A stretch of DNA of 64,000 nt, from the NCBI GenBank assembly GCA_963667015.2, contig CAXXJJ010000001.1:1216001-1280000 (forward strand). Direction: 5' to 3'. Of this stretch, positions 49,541 to 58,391 are shown one piece after another. The notes under the pieces were generated by a model that was not told where the DNA came from, ran no database searches, and saw only the letters and a program-made list of their open reading frames with translations. The first letter of the stretch is position 1; each line of letters begins with the position of its first letter. The stretch comes from Desulfatiglandales bacterium (GTDB lineage Bacteria > Desulfobacterota > DSM-4660 > Desulfatiglandales > HGW-15). Made by a program: the position numbers and the translations under genes.

Positions 49541-49904
49541 TGGTACAAACAGAGGATTTAAAAGACTGGTTGATGCCTTTTTTTACAGCATGGCTGGTTT
49601 TAAGGCAGCCTGGAAAAACGAAGAGGCATTCAGACAGGAAATATTAGCAGGAATAATAATTGTCCCTGCCGGATTTTTACTCGGAGCAACATACACCCAG
49701 AAGGCAATCCTTATACTCAGCTTTCTTATTATACCCCTTGTAGAACTGCTTAATACGGCCGTTGAAGCCACAGTGGACAGGGTCGGCATGGAGAAGCATG
49801 AACTTTCAGGCCGGGCAAAGGACCTGGGATCTGCCTCCGTGTTTTTAAGTATATGTATTGCTGCAATTGTCTGGATTCTCGTTGCCTGTGAAAGGTTTTT
49901 GTAG
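49533..49904 (+). CDS. dgkA: Diacylglycerol kinase
   Basis: EEAFRQE, ELLNTAVEATVDR and ELSGRAKDLGS. Confidence 0.95.
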   Translation: MGDGTNRGFKRLVDAFFYSMAGFKAAWKNEEAFRQEILAGIIIVPAGFLLGATYTQKAILILSFLIIPLVELLNTAVEATVDRVGMEKHELSGRAKDLGSASVFLSICIAAIVWILVACERFL

Positions 49905-49980
49905 GCAGCAGTCTGTGTATTACCCTGGTATCCTGTGATGATGGGTCGCAGAGCGTAAAGGCATTTATGGTTTTGCGTCG

Positions 49981-50008
49981 GTAGAGACGGGTTTCAAAAC
50001 CCGTCTCT
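49981..50008 (+). repeat. GTAG-class REP-like palindrome
   Basis: GTAGAGACGGGTTTCAAAACCCGTCTCT. Confidence 0.7.
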
Positions 50009-50058
50009 GTTGGCGCAATTACTCGTAAGTGATTGTGGTTTAAGTGAGATGATTTACA

Positions 50059-50893
50059 TCACTTAGAGACATTTGCGGACTTGACGTCCCAGGCGCTGTC
50101 ACTGCAGAAAGGGCAGTCCGGGCCGATAAGCAGGCCCTTGCCTGTTGCTGTTTTATCACCCTTCAACTGCCAGTTGAGCCAGGCAAGAATGATCCTGGTG
50201 AAGTCGCCGCCGCCAGGTTTGAACAGATCGCCCCCGTGGCCGATTTCCTTGCTGAACCACAGGACCGGAACATCCAGTTTACTGATGTTTTCATAGCCTT
50301 TCGTTCCGCCCTTGTATGCTACATCACCAGGACCGCCCTCGACAAAAAGCACGGGTTTGTGGACCAGATCGTAGAAATCATCATTCACACGAGCCATATA
50401 CCCATATACCGCTGCCCATGGGTATATTACCCCTGCCATTAGGCGTCCCGTCCGCAATCACGAAGTATCCGTAAGAGGCGATCTCGGCCATGGCTGCCGC
50501 ATTTGACAGCCCGTTCTGGGAACAGCCTCCCTCTCCCCATACAAAGATCGGGTATTTCTCTTTTCCTCCCAGGTCGGCGGGCCGGAAAATTGTGCCCTTC
50601 TCGATTCCGGGAGCGGAATTCGTTTCAACGATCACCTCATGTGGTCCGCTTCCTGATACCTTTGTCTCCACGGCTTTGGACTCGGTGCAATTACCAGCGC
50701 CGGATTGCTCTGCACCGCTGCAGATGCCGATGTTGATGCCAAACATCCCCGCCAGAATCAGTATAAAAAATGTGGAACGGGTATTTCGGGTGCAGCGATA
50801 TGCTGAAAGGTTTCTGAGGATTGAAGAAATACATGGTGTTTTTGAAATCATTTCTGATAAAAGACAGGATGATGGTTGTTCTGTGATTTTCAT
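50059..50893 (-). pseudogene. Secreted alpha/beta hydrolase (cutinase/chlorophyllase-like), frameshifted, with the nucleophile segment missing
   Basis: The N-half (IFRP...YPIFVWGEGGC...IASYGYFVIA) and C-half (PVLFVEGG..D, GHGG, AWLNWQLKGD) are in different frames and there is no GxSxG between them. Confidence 0.7.
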
Positions 50894-51137
50894 GTGATCT
50901 CCTGTGTGTAGGTGAGAAGTCTGTGTTATTGATTTTGATATGAATTATCTTTTTGAGAAATAAAGTATATGGATCTGAGTTTGGTATGTCAATATACTTT
51001 TCTTATCGTTTCAAGGGGGAGAAACCCGCTCCTTTCAGGCTTTTTCTGATTTTCGTTTTCGGCCATCCGACCTCAGATTTCTGACCTTTGGCTTTTGGCC
51101 ATTCCAGTCATTCCGAAGAGTAACTGAGAAATCTTTC

Positions 51138-51183
51138 CCCTGCTAAATCCGCATAGCGAGTTGCGAAGCAACATTTAACAGGG
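51138..51183. repeat. Cruciform mini-element (second copy of 20978-21025)
   Basis: CCCTGCTAAAT...ATTTAACAGGG with two internal hairpins. Confidence 0.7.
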
Positions 51184-51253
51184 TGAAGCTTTTGTCTTTT
51201 CACTCGAACTCTCGACCCCTTGAATCCTTGAACCCTTTCTCTTTTACTATTGA

Positions 51254-52006
51254 TCATTTTAAAAAAGATCTGAACACATCATCATATATTTCAATATCCG
51301 ACCTCTCTGGATTTTTAGGGATGTTGTTTTGTGTCTCATAAATAATTTCACGGATGTGAGTATCGATCTGATCATAATGCTTTACACGATACCCTTCTGA
51401 ATGTTTGCTCTTTTCTTCAACCAACCGGGTAATAATCTCAGTAAAAGTATTATCATTCGAAGTTTTCGCCAACAGATCAAATATATTCATTGGTGGCTGC
51501 ATCAGGTAAGCTACGATCCACTTACAGCAAAGGATGGACCGGATAGCATACATATATGTTTTCAGTTTGACCGTTCCACTCTTTTCGATTTCTGTAACAT
51601 ACTTTTTTGCCATTGAGAGATAATGATGGCATGTTGTTTCAGGTAAAAAAGAGGGTGTTGAAAGATCAAGAAGCTTATCGAATTCCTGCTTAACTACTTT
51701 ATATTGAATCGGAGAGGAAAGCCATTCAAGCAAAGGAGGATTTGACTTTCTCATCAATTTAAGAGCCTTTTGTATGTCCCATCCATTTATGTCGAGCAAA
51801 TCATCTATTGGAAGTTCTATAACATCTCTCTTATCTGCTATTGTCAGATACCAGTCTTTTGGATTTATGTAAATGAAGCGAACATCATAATCACTGTTAT
51901 CTGATGGAAATCCCCATGCGCGGCTGCCTGATTCAATAGCCAGTATGATTTTTATTCTGTTGGTTTTTTTAATCTTATTCAGTTCTTTAATAATTGTTTT
52001 TTGCAT
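51254..52006 (-). CDS. Pol-beta-superfamily nucleotidyltransferase, YcgL/RlaP family
   Basis: ESGSRAWGFPSDNSDYDVRFIY, GWDI.KAL.L..KSNP.LLEWL.SP and HYLSMA. Confidence 0.9.
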   Translation of the reverse strand: MQKTIIKELNKIKKTNRIKIILAIESGSRAWGFPSDNSDYDVRFIYINPKDWYLTIADKRDVIELPIDDLLDINGWDIQKALKLMRKSNPPLLEWLSSPIQYKVVKQEFDKLLDLSTPSFLPETTCHHYLSMAKKYVTEIEKSGTVKLKTYMYAIRSILCCKWIVAYLMQPPMNIFDLLAKTSNDNTFTEIITRLVEEKSKHSEGYRVKHYDQIDTHIREIIYETQNNIPKNPERSDIEIYDDVFRSFLK

Positions 52007-52013
52007 TTGTCTG

Positions 52014-52952
52014 TTATTTAAACCTTGTTTTTTCGAGTGTCTCACAAATAAAGTTGTTCCAGAAATCATTATCAACCTTTTCAGGTAAATTACTTTTCTT
52101 TATCAGTTCTTCAACCTCTTCCATTAATGATTCTAAAGCAGGGGCTACGTCTTTTGAATAGTCAAGATCTCCTGATTTAACCGATAATAAAAAAGATGCA
52201 TCCTTCAGTGGAAAAGTAATTGTGCCGTTAACCAGAATCTCTTTAGTCTGGATAGCCGCTCTCAATGCATGGGATATTGCTTTCCAGTCTATATTTTTAT
52301 TTTCAGCAGCCAGTTTGGCTCGATGACCATATTCATCATAAAAATTTCTCAGGATCGGTAGCACATATCCAATAGTAGCTGTTTCCTGAAAGGTTTTACC
52401 ACATATCTGGTATTGTCTGACACCGTTAGGGTTGAGACCAACGTCATAGCAATACTCGTTTATTGGCAACTCATCCCAAATATCTTTGAGCTTATGATTT
52501 TCATCAGATTTTTTAAAAATTGAAATAACCTGAGATACTGCATTGAGTCTCGATCCTTTAATTCCATATTTACTTGCCTGGCGCCGAGCGTAATTTATAA
52601 ATGAGCTGAGATTTTTTGTGTAGAACTTTTGCCTGTTCTTAACAATATCCTTCCATATTTCACTGTTCACAACCAGCATACTTTCCGGAGCATGAAGCAT
52701 ATCCATTGCTGCTGTCTGGCCATCAATAGCAAGTTTTATAAAATAATGAAGTGAATATATTTCTTCATCCACATCACCTGCACTATTTTTTTCTTTATCA
52801 CTGCCAGTGGAATAATTAAGGCATTTTGGAATATCATTTAATAATATTCCATCTTTTGTAGGCAAATAAACCCCTTTATAGTCAATATCCGAACTATCGG
52901 TGTTTGTCCCATATAGATGCGAGCCGAATTTCATTTTTACTATTAGATCCAT
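52014..52952 (-). CDS. Pol-beta-superfamily nucleotidyltransferase, RlaP / phage NrdC.11-like
   Basis: FGSHLYGTNT..SDIDYKGVYLP, QASKYGIKGSRL and DWKAISHALR. Confidence 0.85.
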   Translation of the reverse strand: MDLIVKMKFGSHLYGTNTDSSDIDYKGVYLPTKDGILLNDIPKCLNYSTGSDKEKNSAGDVDEEIYSLHYFIKLAIDGQTAAMDMLHAPESMLVVNSEIWKDIVKNRQKFYTKNLSSFINYARRQASKYGIKGSRLNAVSQVISIFKKSDENHKLKDIWDELPINEYCYDVGLNPNGVRQYQICGKTFQETATIGYVLPILRNFYDEYGHRAKLAAENKNIDWKAISHALRAAIQTKEILVNGTITFPLKDASFLLSVKSGDLDYSKDVAPALESLMEEVEELIKKSNLPEKVDNDFWNNFICETLEKTRFK

Positions 52953-53098
52953 GTTATAACCCTATTTTATATTTAAATTATGTGCAACCGGGAATGATAA
53001 TTATTGTGAATTCGGACAGCTTGTCATTGTAAATTCCTTTTGATAATATGTCCGATGTAAAAACATCCAAGCCTTAAATTATACATGGAGATTAAAAA

Positions 53099-53311
53099 AT
53101 GAAGAACTCTGATAATATTATAAGAGAGGCATTAACACTTAACCCTTCTGAAAAGGCACAACTTATTGATAAGTTGATTTCTTCCCTGGATAAGTCTGAC
53201 AGGGAAATAGATGAATTATGGGCCAAAGAAGCTGAGGACAGAATCGAAGCCTATAATACGGGAAAATTGAAAGCGATATCATTGGAAAAGGTTCTTCAAA
53301 AATACAGGTAA
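53099..53311 (+). CDS. Addiction-module antitoxin (TIGR02574-like)
   Basis: EAL.L...EKAQL...L..SLD...IDELW..EAE.R...Y..G pattern. Confidence 0.85.
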   Translation: MKNSDNIIREALTLNPSEKAQLIDKLISSLDKSDREIDELWAKEAEDRIEAYNTGKLKAISLEKVLQKYR

Positions 53312-53317
53312 ATATTA

Positions 53318-53365
53318 ATGAAGATAAATTATCTGGAAATCGCATAATATGAACTGGAAGGGTAG
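53318..53365 (+). pseudogene. Remnant of the cognate ParE/RelE toxin
   Basis: MKINYLEIA*YELEG*: a ParE-like N-terminus with a nonsense codon, then truncated. Confidence 0.6.
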
Positions 53366-53948
53366 AATATAAAATTCCATCGTTTTATTTGGCACCACGT
53401 TGACTTCTGACCTCCGATCTCTGGCTTCTGATCACTGGTCTTTTAACTTTACCTAACAATCTATAGACTAAAAAGCTTCAGCCTGTTTCAATAATCTTGC
53501 ACCTTGAATATTGAATCTTGAATTATTCTTAAATAAGTTTTAAGAATAACAGTATCTTTTCGGGTATAATGAAATTCTGAAAAAAAGCGGCTAGACGCAC
53601 CATATAAAATTTACTAATAGTATTTTTATTGTCATTTCTTGATATAATTGGTGAATCCAGTTGTTATTGATTTGTAATTAATTGTCCAACTCCGACAGAT
53701 TGAGCATTAACCAATATCAAAGGGTGACCTAAATTCACGATTCATGGTATTATATATGTGTAAAAATATTCTTTACGCCAATGTTGATTACATGATATAT
53801 GCTCTCCTAACTCATTTGATATATATGTTATTCTGGATTCTAACTATATTTGAAATTCATTAATTAATCCAAGATCTGTTTTTTACTCCCACTCCTTATG
53901 AACAGCGAGGTTGCAGTAAAACTAAAGAGTCTTCAAAAGGAGGCAAGT

Positions 53949-54917
53949 ATGGCAACCGCCGAACAAATTAAATCATTGATAAGATCTCATCTCAACGATG
54001 ATGCTGAACGATTTTATTCAATTGCTTTGCAGGTGGCTGCGCATGAGGCAAAACAGGGGCATACTGCCCTGGCTCATGATATCCGAAATATAGTAGACAA
54101 CGCGCGAAAAACTAAAGGTGCCGTGGTTATTCGCTTCCCAAAGGACATGCTTGGATTGGTTATTTCTGAAAATCCGAGTATATCCAAATCAGCACTTGTT
54201 ATTCCCACAGTTCTTGAAGAACGCATTATGCGGATTATTCATGAATATAAGCAGCAAAACAAATTAAAGTCTCATGGCTTGAGCAATCGACGTAAAGTGC
54301 TGCTCATTGGGCCTCCCGGTACAGGAAAGACAATGACTGCAAAAGTACTTGCCTGTGAATTACACCTGCCGCTGCATACCATTCAGGTAGACCGATTGGT
54401 TACAAAGTTTATGGGAGAAACCAGTTCAAAACTTCGCCAGATATTCGATCTTATTCAGAATGAAACCGGAGTCTATTTTTTTGACGAATTTGATGCAATT
54501 GGCGGAGAACGTTCTCTTGAAAATGACGTGGGTGAAATGCGAAGAGTACTGAATTCTTTTCTACAATTCATTGAGCAGGATTCATCAGACAATATAATAG
54601 TTGCGGCAACCAACAGTCCAAAGCTGCTGGATCGGGCACTTTTCAGAAGATTTGATGACGTTATGTATTATGAACAGCCAACTGATGATGATCGCAGACG
54701 ATTGATTGAAAATGTTCTGGGTAAATATCTTCGTCCTCGCCCTTCTTGGAAAAAGATTATCCAGGAGAGCAGCGAATTGAGCCATGCGGAAATTGATCTG
54801 GCATGCCGTGATGCAATAAAAAACGCTATTTTATCAGGGCAATCCGAAGTTGATACAAACACAATAGTCAATACTTTAAAAGAACGCCTTGATGTACATA
54901 AAGGACTGCGGAGGTAA
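53949..54917 (+). CDS. AAA+ ATPase, IetA-like
   Basis: MATAEQIKSLIRSH, GPPGTGKT, FFDEFDAIG and LDRALFRRFD; paired with an S8 protease. Confidence 0.9.
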   Translation: MATAEQIKSLIRSHLNDDAERFYSIALQVAAHEAKQGHTALAHDIRNIVDNARKTKGAVVIRFPKDMLGLVISENPSISKSALVIPTVLEERIMRIIHEYKQQNKLKSHGLSNRRKVLLIGPPGTGKTMTAKVLACELHLPLHTIQVDRLVTKFMGETSSKLRQIFDLIQNETGVYFFDEFDAIGGERSLENDVGEMRRVLNSFLQFIEQDSSDNIIVAATNSPKLLDRALFRRFDDVMYYEQPTDDDRRRLIENVLGKYLRPRPSWKKIIQESSELSHAEIDLACRDAIKNAILSGQSEVDTNTIVNTLKERLDVHKGLRR

Positions 54918-54927
54918 AAATCCCTAA

Positions 54928-57456
54928 GTGGCAGAAACCAGGCTCCCTCATATCCTTCTTCGTGACAAACCTGAAAACAGCATTTTTACAAGTACATTAT
55001 CCAACCCTAAAAAACCCAATATCCCACTACGCCAACGCGATTTACATAGCAAATTTTTAAAAAGCAGGCTTGAGCAGGCCTGGTATTCAGCAGAAAACGA
55101 ACGGGCAGTTGCGCATATCGAAAGAAACGGTGTGTATATTGAATTTAAAAGTGACCCCGGTGCTGATTTGGTAATCAAGAGCCTCGAAGATCTTAAGTCC
55201 AAAAAGGTACGATTGCTTAATGTCAGGACCGAAAAAGAAATTGTTCCCGATATTACAACCGATGAATCCAAGGAAGTGGTTACTACATATGCAACAGTGT
55301 ATGTGGCAAACGAAAAGAAAGGTCACTTTTTAAAAAAAATTGAAGAGTACGCTAAAAAAGAAAATCAAAAAGGTATCCCCAAAAACTCTAATCTGATAAA
55401 CAGCATTGCGGATATTCGAAAAGCACTGGCCATAGAATCATTTTGGCAGGATGATCCTTCGTTAATTCCAGATGATTCACCTCAATGGTGCGAAATATGG
55501 CTGAGCAGTGATGCTGTTGAAGTTATATCAAGATTTGAGAATCTATTGAAACAATTAAATCTTCCATCAAAGACTGGTGTGATACGCTTCCCTGAAAGAG
55601 CTGTTAAAGTTGTTTTTGTAAATGTAGAACAATTATCCCAAATTTCAATGCTGTCCGACGATATAGCTGAATACCGCCATGCAAAAACCACTGCTGAATT
55701 CTGGACTGAATTACAAAACAAAGAACAGACGCAATGGGTGCAAAACCTGCTTAACCGAAGCCGGTATCAAAATACCAATGATATTTCTGTGTGTCTTTTA
55801 GATACTGGCGTTAATAATGGTCATCCGTTGATTTCTCCGGTGCTGAGCGATATTGACTGCCAAGCAGTGAACTCTTCATGGGGAACACATGACCATGACA
55901 AACATGGTACCTTAATGGCAGGCATTGCCGCATATGGAGACTTGGTAAAAGCTCTTATGGATGATGGACCAATAGACATCAATCATTGCCTTGAATCCGT
56001 CAAGATATTACCAAAAGAAGGTTCTAATCCAACTGAATTATGGGGAGATATCACATCTCAGGGAGTCAGCCTGGCAGAAATACAGGCCCCGGAGCGAAAG
56101 CGGATATTTTGTATGGCTGTAGCCGCTGATGACACCCGTGACCGTGGACGGCCGAGTTCATGGTCCGGTCAACTGGATCAAATAATTGCAGGGGTTGATG
56201 ATGACAATAGACGGCTTATGATAGTAAGTGCAGGAAATTCTGATCCAGGCTATAGGAATGAATATCCCGACGCTCAAATAACAGATTCAATACATGATCC
56301 GGCGCAGTCCTGGAATGCTTTAACTGTTGGGGCATTTACTGAACTCGATACAATACAGGATATGACCTATGAAGGATATACCCCCATAGCACCAAAAGGC
56401 GGTTTATCTCCTTTTTCGACAACATCCTGTACTTGGGAAGACAAATGGCCCATAAAACCAGAAATTGTTATGGAAGGAGGCAATTTGGCTTGTGATGAGA
56501 ATGGTTTTGCATCTGAATGTGAGGATCTTTCACTTCTTTCAACCTTTTTTGATCCACAGACTAAACATTTCTTTCCATTTAGCATGACAAGTGCCGCATG
56601 TTCCCAGGCAGCCCGAATGGCAGCACATATCCAGTCCCAATATCCGGATTTCTGGCCTGAAACAATTCGCGCATTAATGGTTCACTCTGCTGACTGGCCT
56701 GATGCCCTTTGGGAGCAGTTTAGCGGTAACGGGTCAAAAACCGATATTAAAAAGCTGTTAAGGGTTTGCGGTTATGGTGTCCCCGATCTGGAGCGTGCTT
56801 TATATAGTGCATCGAATTCTCTAACTCTGATTGCACAGGCGGTGCTTCAGCCCTTTGATAAAAAAAGAGATGATGAGGGAAAAACAAAATCAGGTCATCG
56901 AACAAAGGATATGCATCTTTATGAATTGCCATGGCCTAAAGAGGTACTGCAAGGTTTACCGGAAGGCACTGACGTGGAGATGCGGGTAACATTGTCCTAT
57001 TTTATTGAACCCGGTCCTGGAGAGATTGGATGGAAGGATCGCTACCGGTATGCTTCTCACGGATTGCGATTTGATTTAAAATCACCAACTGAAAGTAAAG
57101 ACCAGTTTATCAAGCGTATTAACAAAGCGGCCAGGGATGAGGAAGAAGGGCATCCTGGGACACAAAGCCCTAAAGATTACTGGAAGATAGGACAGGCGCG
57201 TGATCGTGGCTCAATTCATTCGGACATCTGGTGGAACGGGACAGCATCCGAGCTGGCCGACTCTAACATTATTTCAATTTCTCCCCGTATAGGCTGGTGG
57301 CGGGAACGTGCCCATTTGGGAAGATGGGATCGCAGTACAAGGTATTCGCTGGTTGTATCAATTACAACACCGGAAGAAATTGTAGACTTGTATACACCGG
57401 TTGCTATACAGGTTGGTATCCCAGCTGTCACAACGCCAATTGAGGTTACAATATGA
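54928..57456 (+). CDS. S8 subtilisin-like protease, IetS/Y4bN-like
   Basis: LDTGV, HGTLMAG, SAGN, DPAQSWNALTVGA, IKPEIVMEGGN and MTSAA. Confidence 0.9.
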   Translation: MAETRLPHILLRDKPENSIFTSTLSNPKKPNIPLRQRDLHSKFLKSRLEQAWYSAENERAVAHIERNGVYIEFKSDPGADLVIKSLEDLKSKKVRLLNVRTEKEIVPDITTDESKEVVTTYATVYVANEKKGHFLKKIEEYAKKENQKGIPKNSNLINSIADIRKALAIESFWQDDPSLIPDDSPQWCEIWLSSDAVEVISRFENLLKQLNLPSKTGVIRFPERAVKVVFVNVEQLSQISMLSDDIAEYRHAKTTAEFWTELQNKEQTQWVQNLLNRSRYQNTNDISVCLLDTGVNNGHPLISPVLSDIDCQAVNSSWGTHDHDKHGTLMAGIAAYGDLVKALMDDGPIDINHCLESVKILPKEGSNPTELWGDITSQGVSLAEIQAPERKRIFCMAVAADDTRDRGRPSSWSGQLDQIIAGVDDDNRRLMIVSAGNSDPGYRNEYPDAQITDSIHDPAQSWNALTVGAFTELDTIQDMTYEGYTPIAPKGGLSPFSTTSCTWEDKWPIKPEIVMEGGNLACDENGFASECEDLSLLSTFFDPQTKHFFPFSMTSAACSQAARMAAHIQSQYPDFWPETIRALMVHSADWPDALWEQFSGNGSKTDIKKLLRVCGYGVPDLERALYSASNSLTLIAQAVLQPFDKKRDDEGKTKSGHRTKDMHLYELPWPKEVLQGLPEGTDVEMRVTLSYFIEPGPGEIGWKDRYRYASHGLRFDLKSPTESKDQFIKRINKAARDEEEGHPGTQSPKDYWKIGQARDRGSIHSDIWWNGTASELADSNIISISPRIGWWRERAHLGRWDRSTRYSLVVSITTPEEIVDLYTPVAIQVGIPAVTTPIEVTI

Positions 57457-57578
57457 GAATTGTGAAATCATGGAAGCACTGGGGCCTGCCCTTTGTATGT
57501 AACCTTTAAATTAGCGGAGAGTGTAGGATCTGGACACCTACGAATAAATTTGTTTTAAGAGAATAAATAAAAAAATAT

Positions 57579-57607
57579 TTGACATGAAAATATTTATTGT
57601 ATATGTT
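57579..57607 (+). promoter_or_regulatory. Sigma-70-type promoter TTGACA-17-TATGTT; the -35 is flanked by two AAATATTT boxes
   Basis: Perfect -35 and 17-bp spacing; AAATATTT at 57573-57580 and 57588-57595. Confidence 0.65.
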
Positions 57608-57655
57608 GCGCCTCCAAAACATGTAAAACTAAATTAACAAAAAAGGAATATCATA

Positions 57656-57733
57656 ATGAAACTATCTCAAACGACATATCAGAGCTTGTATTTATATTCG
57701 CTCTACCTGGTAATGGAGCGCGTTGGGGGATAG
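57656..57733 (+). CDS. Putative leader peptide MKLSQTTYQSLYLYSLYLVMERVGG
   Basis: SD AAAGGA; clustered Leu/Tyr codons overlapped by hairpin CGCTCTA/TGGAGCG; lies ahead of terminator hairpins. Confidence 0.6.
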   Translation: MKLSQTTYQSLYLYSLYLVMERVGG

Positions 57734-57755
57734 CTTTATTTAAATAATATTTTTT

Positions 57756-57840
57756 AAAAAAGGGCATTCACCATCGTGTGGATGCCCTTTTTTATTTCTG
57801 TAAAAGGGCGTCACTTTGTGTGAGTGAATGCCCTTTTTTT
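57756..57840 (+). terminator. Two tandem intrinsic terminators with mutually exclusive alternative pairing (attenuator-like)
   Basis: Arms A 57756-71, B 57778-93, C 57802-15, D 57823-40. A:B and C:D are each followed by T-runs; B:C and A:D are also complementary. Confidence 0.8.
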
Positions 57841-57842
57841 AT

Positions 57843-57925
57843 GAGTCGGTAGACCGTAAATGGTAGCGGGCCGGACTGTAAATCCGGTGCTTATAGCCCT
57901 GATGGTTCAAGTCCATCCCGGCGCA
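57843..57925 (+). tRNA. tRNA-Tyr (GTA), atypical
   Basis: Anticodon arm CCGGA-CTGTAAA-TCCGG; variable arm; T arm GATGG-TTCAAGT-CCATC; acceptor GAGTCGG/CCGGCGC with an A2-G71 mismatch; followed by TCA rather than CCA. Confidence 0.85.
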
Positions 57926-57939
57926 TCACATTAATTTTA

Positions 57940-58024
57940 GGGGGAGTGGTGGAGTAGGTATACACGCTGGTTTTAAACACCAGTGTCAAGGACATGCGAG
58001 TTCAAATCTCGTCTCCCCCCACCA
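57940..58024 (+). tRNA. tRNA-Leu (TAA), atypical
   Basis: Acceptor GGGGGAG/CTCCCCC; Leu-type D arm; CTGGT-TTTAAAC-ACCAG; variable arm GTC-AAG-GAC; T arm GCGAG-TTCAAAT-CTCGT; one extra C before ACCA. Confidence 0.85.
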
Positions 58025-58057
58025 TTATCAACCTTTAATCAGAAACGGAGGTGCATC

Positions 58058-58298
58058 ATGCCTAACTATAATAAATATTCGGAACAGGGCAACTTTTGAA
58101 TCCATGAGCAAACGAAGGAAAGGATATCCGTCAGAATCAAGTGTAAAACGCGGTGTACAAATAGTTCATGGAGATAAAGAACTGGTAGAAAAACTAGGAC
58201 GGAATGATCCGTGTCCATGCGGATCAGCAAAGAAGTTCAAAAACTGCTGCATGAAAAAGAAACGATATCAAGGATCATTACGTGATTATTACTTTTAG
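58058..58298 (+). CDS. Small basic SEC-C motif protein; probably translated from ATG 58058 via a +1 frameshift at TTT-TGA (in-frame ATG at 58104)
   Basis: [19 protein letters not shown]. Strong SD GGAGGT precedes 58058; ORF1 ends AAC TTT TGA and the +1 frame continues GAA TCC ATG AGC. Confidence 0.75.
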
Positions 58299-58310
58299 GG
58301 AATGAAAAAC

Positions 58311-58336
58311 CGGTCGGGAATAAATCCCGACCCTAC
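58311..58336 (-). repeat. GTAG-class REP-like palindrome
   Basis: Reverse complement GTAGGGTCGGGATTTATTCCCGACCG. Confidence 0.7.
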
Positions 58337-58391
58337 ATTTTGAAACCAGTGAAAATTTATTAATATTTAAATAAAAGGAAACTATATCTAT

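Noticed and set aside
57843..58024. Y RNA (YrlA-type) or a prophage/ICE attachment site
   Set aside because: Complete anticodon arms are present; no Ro60/TROVE gene, integrase or duplicated tRNA 3' end is seen in the window.
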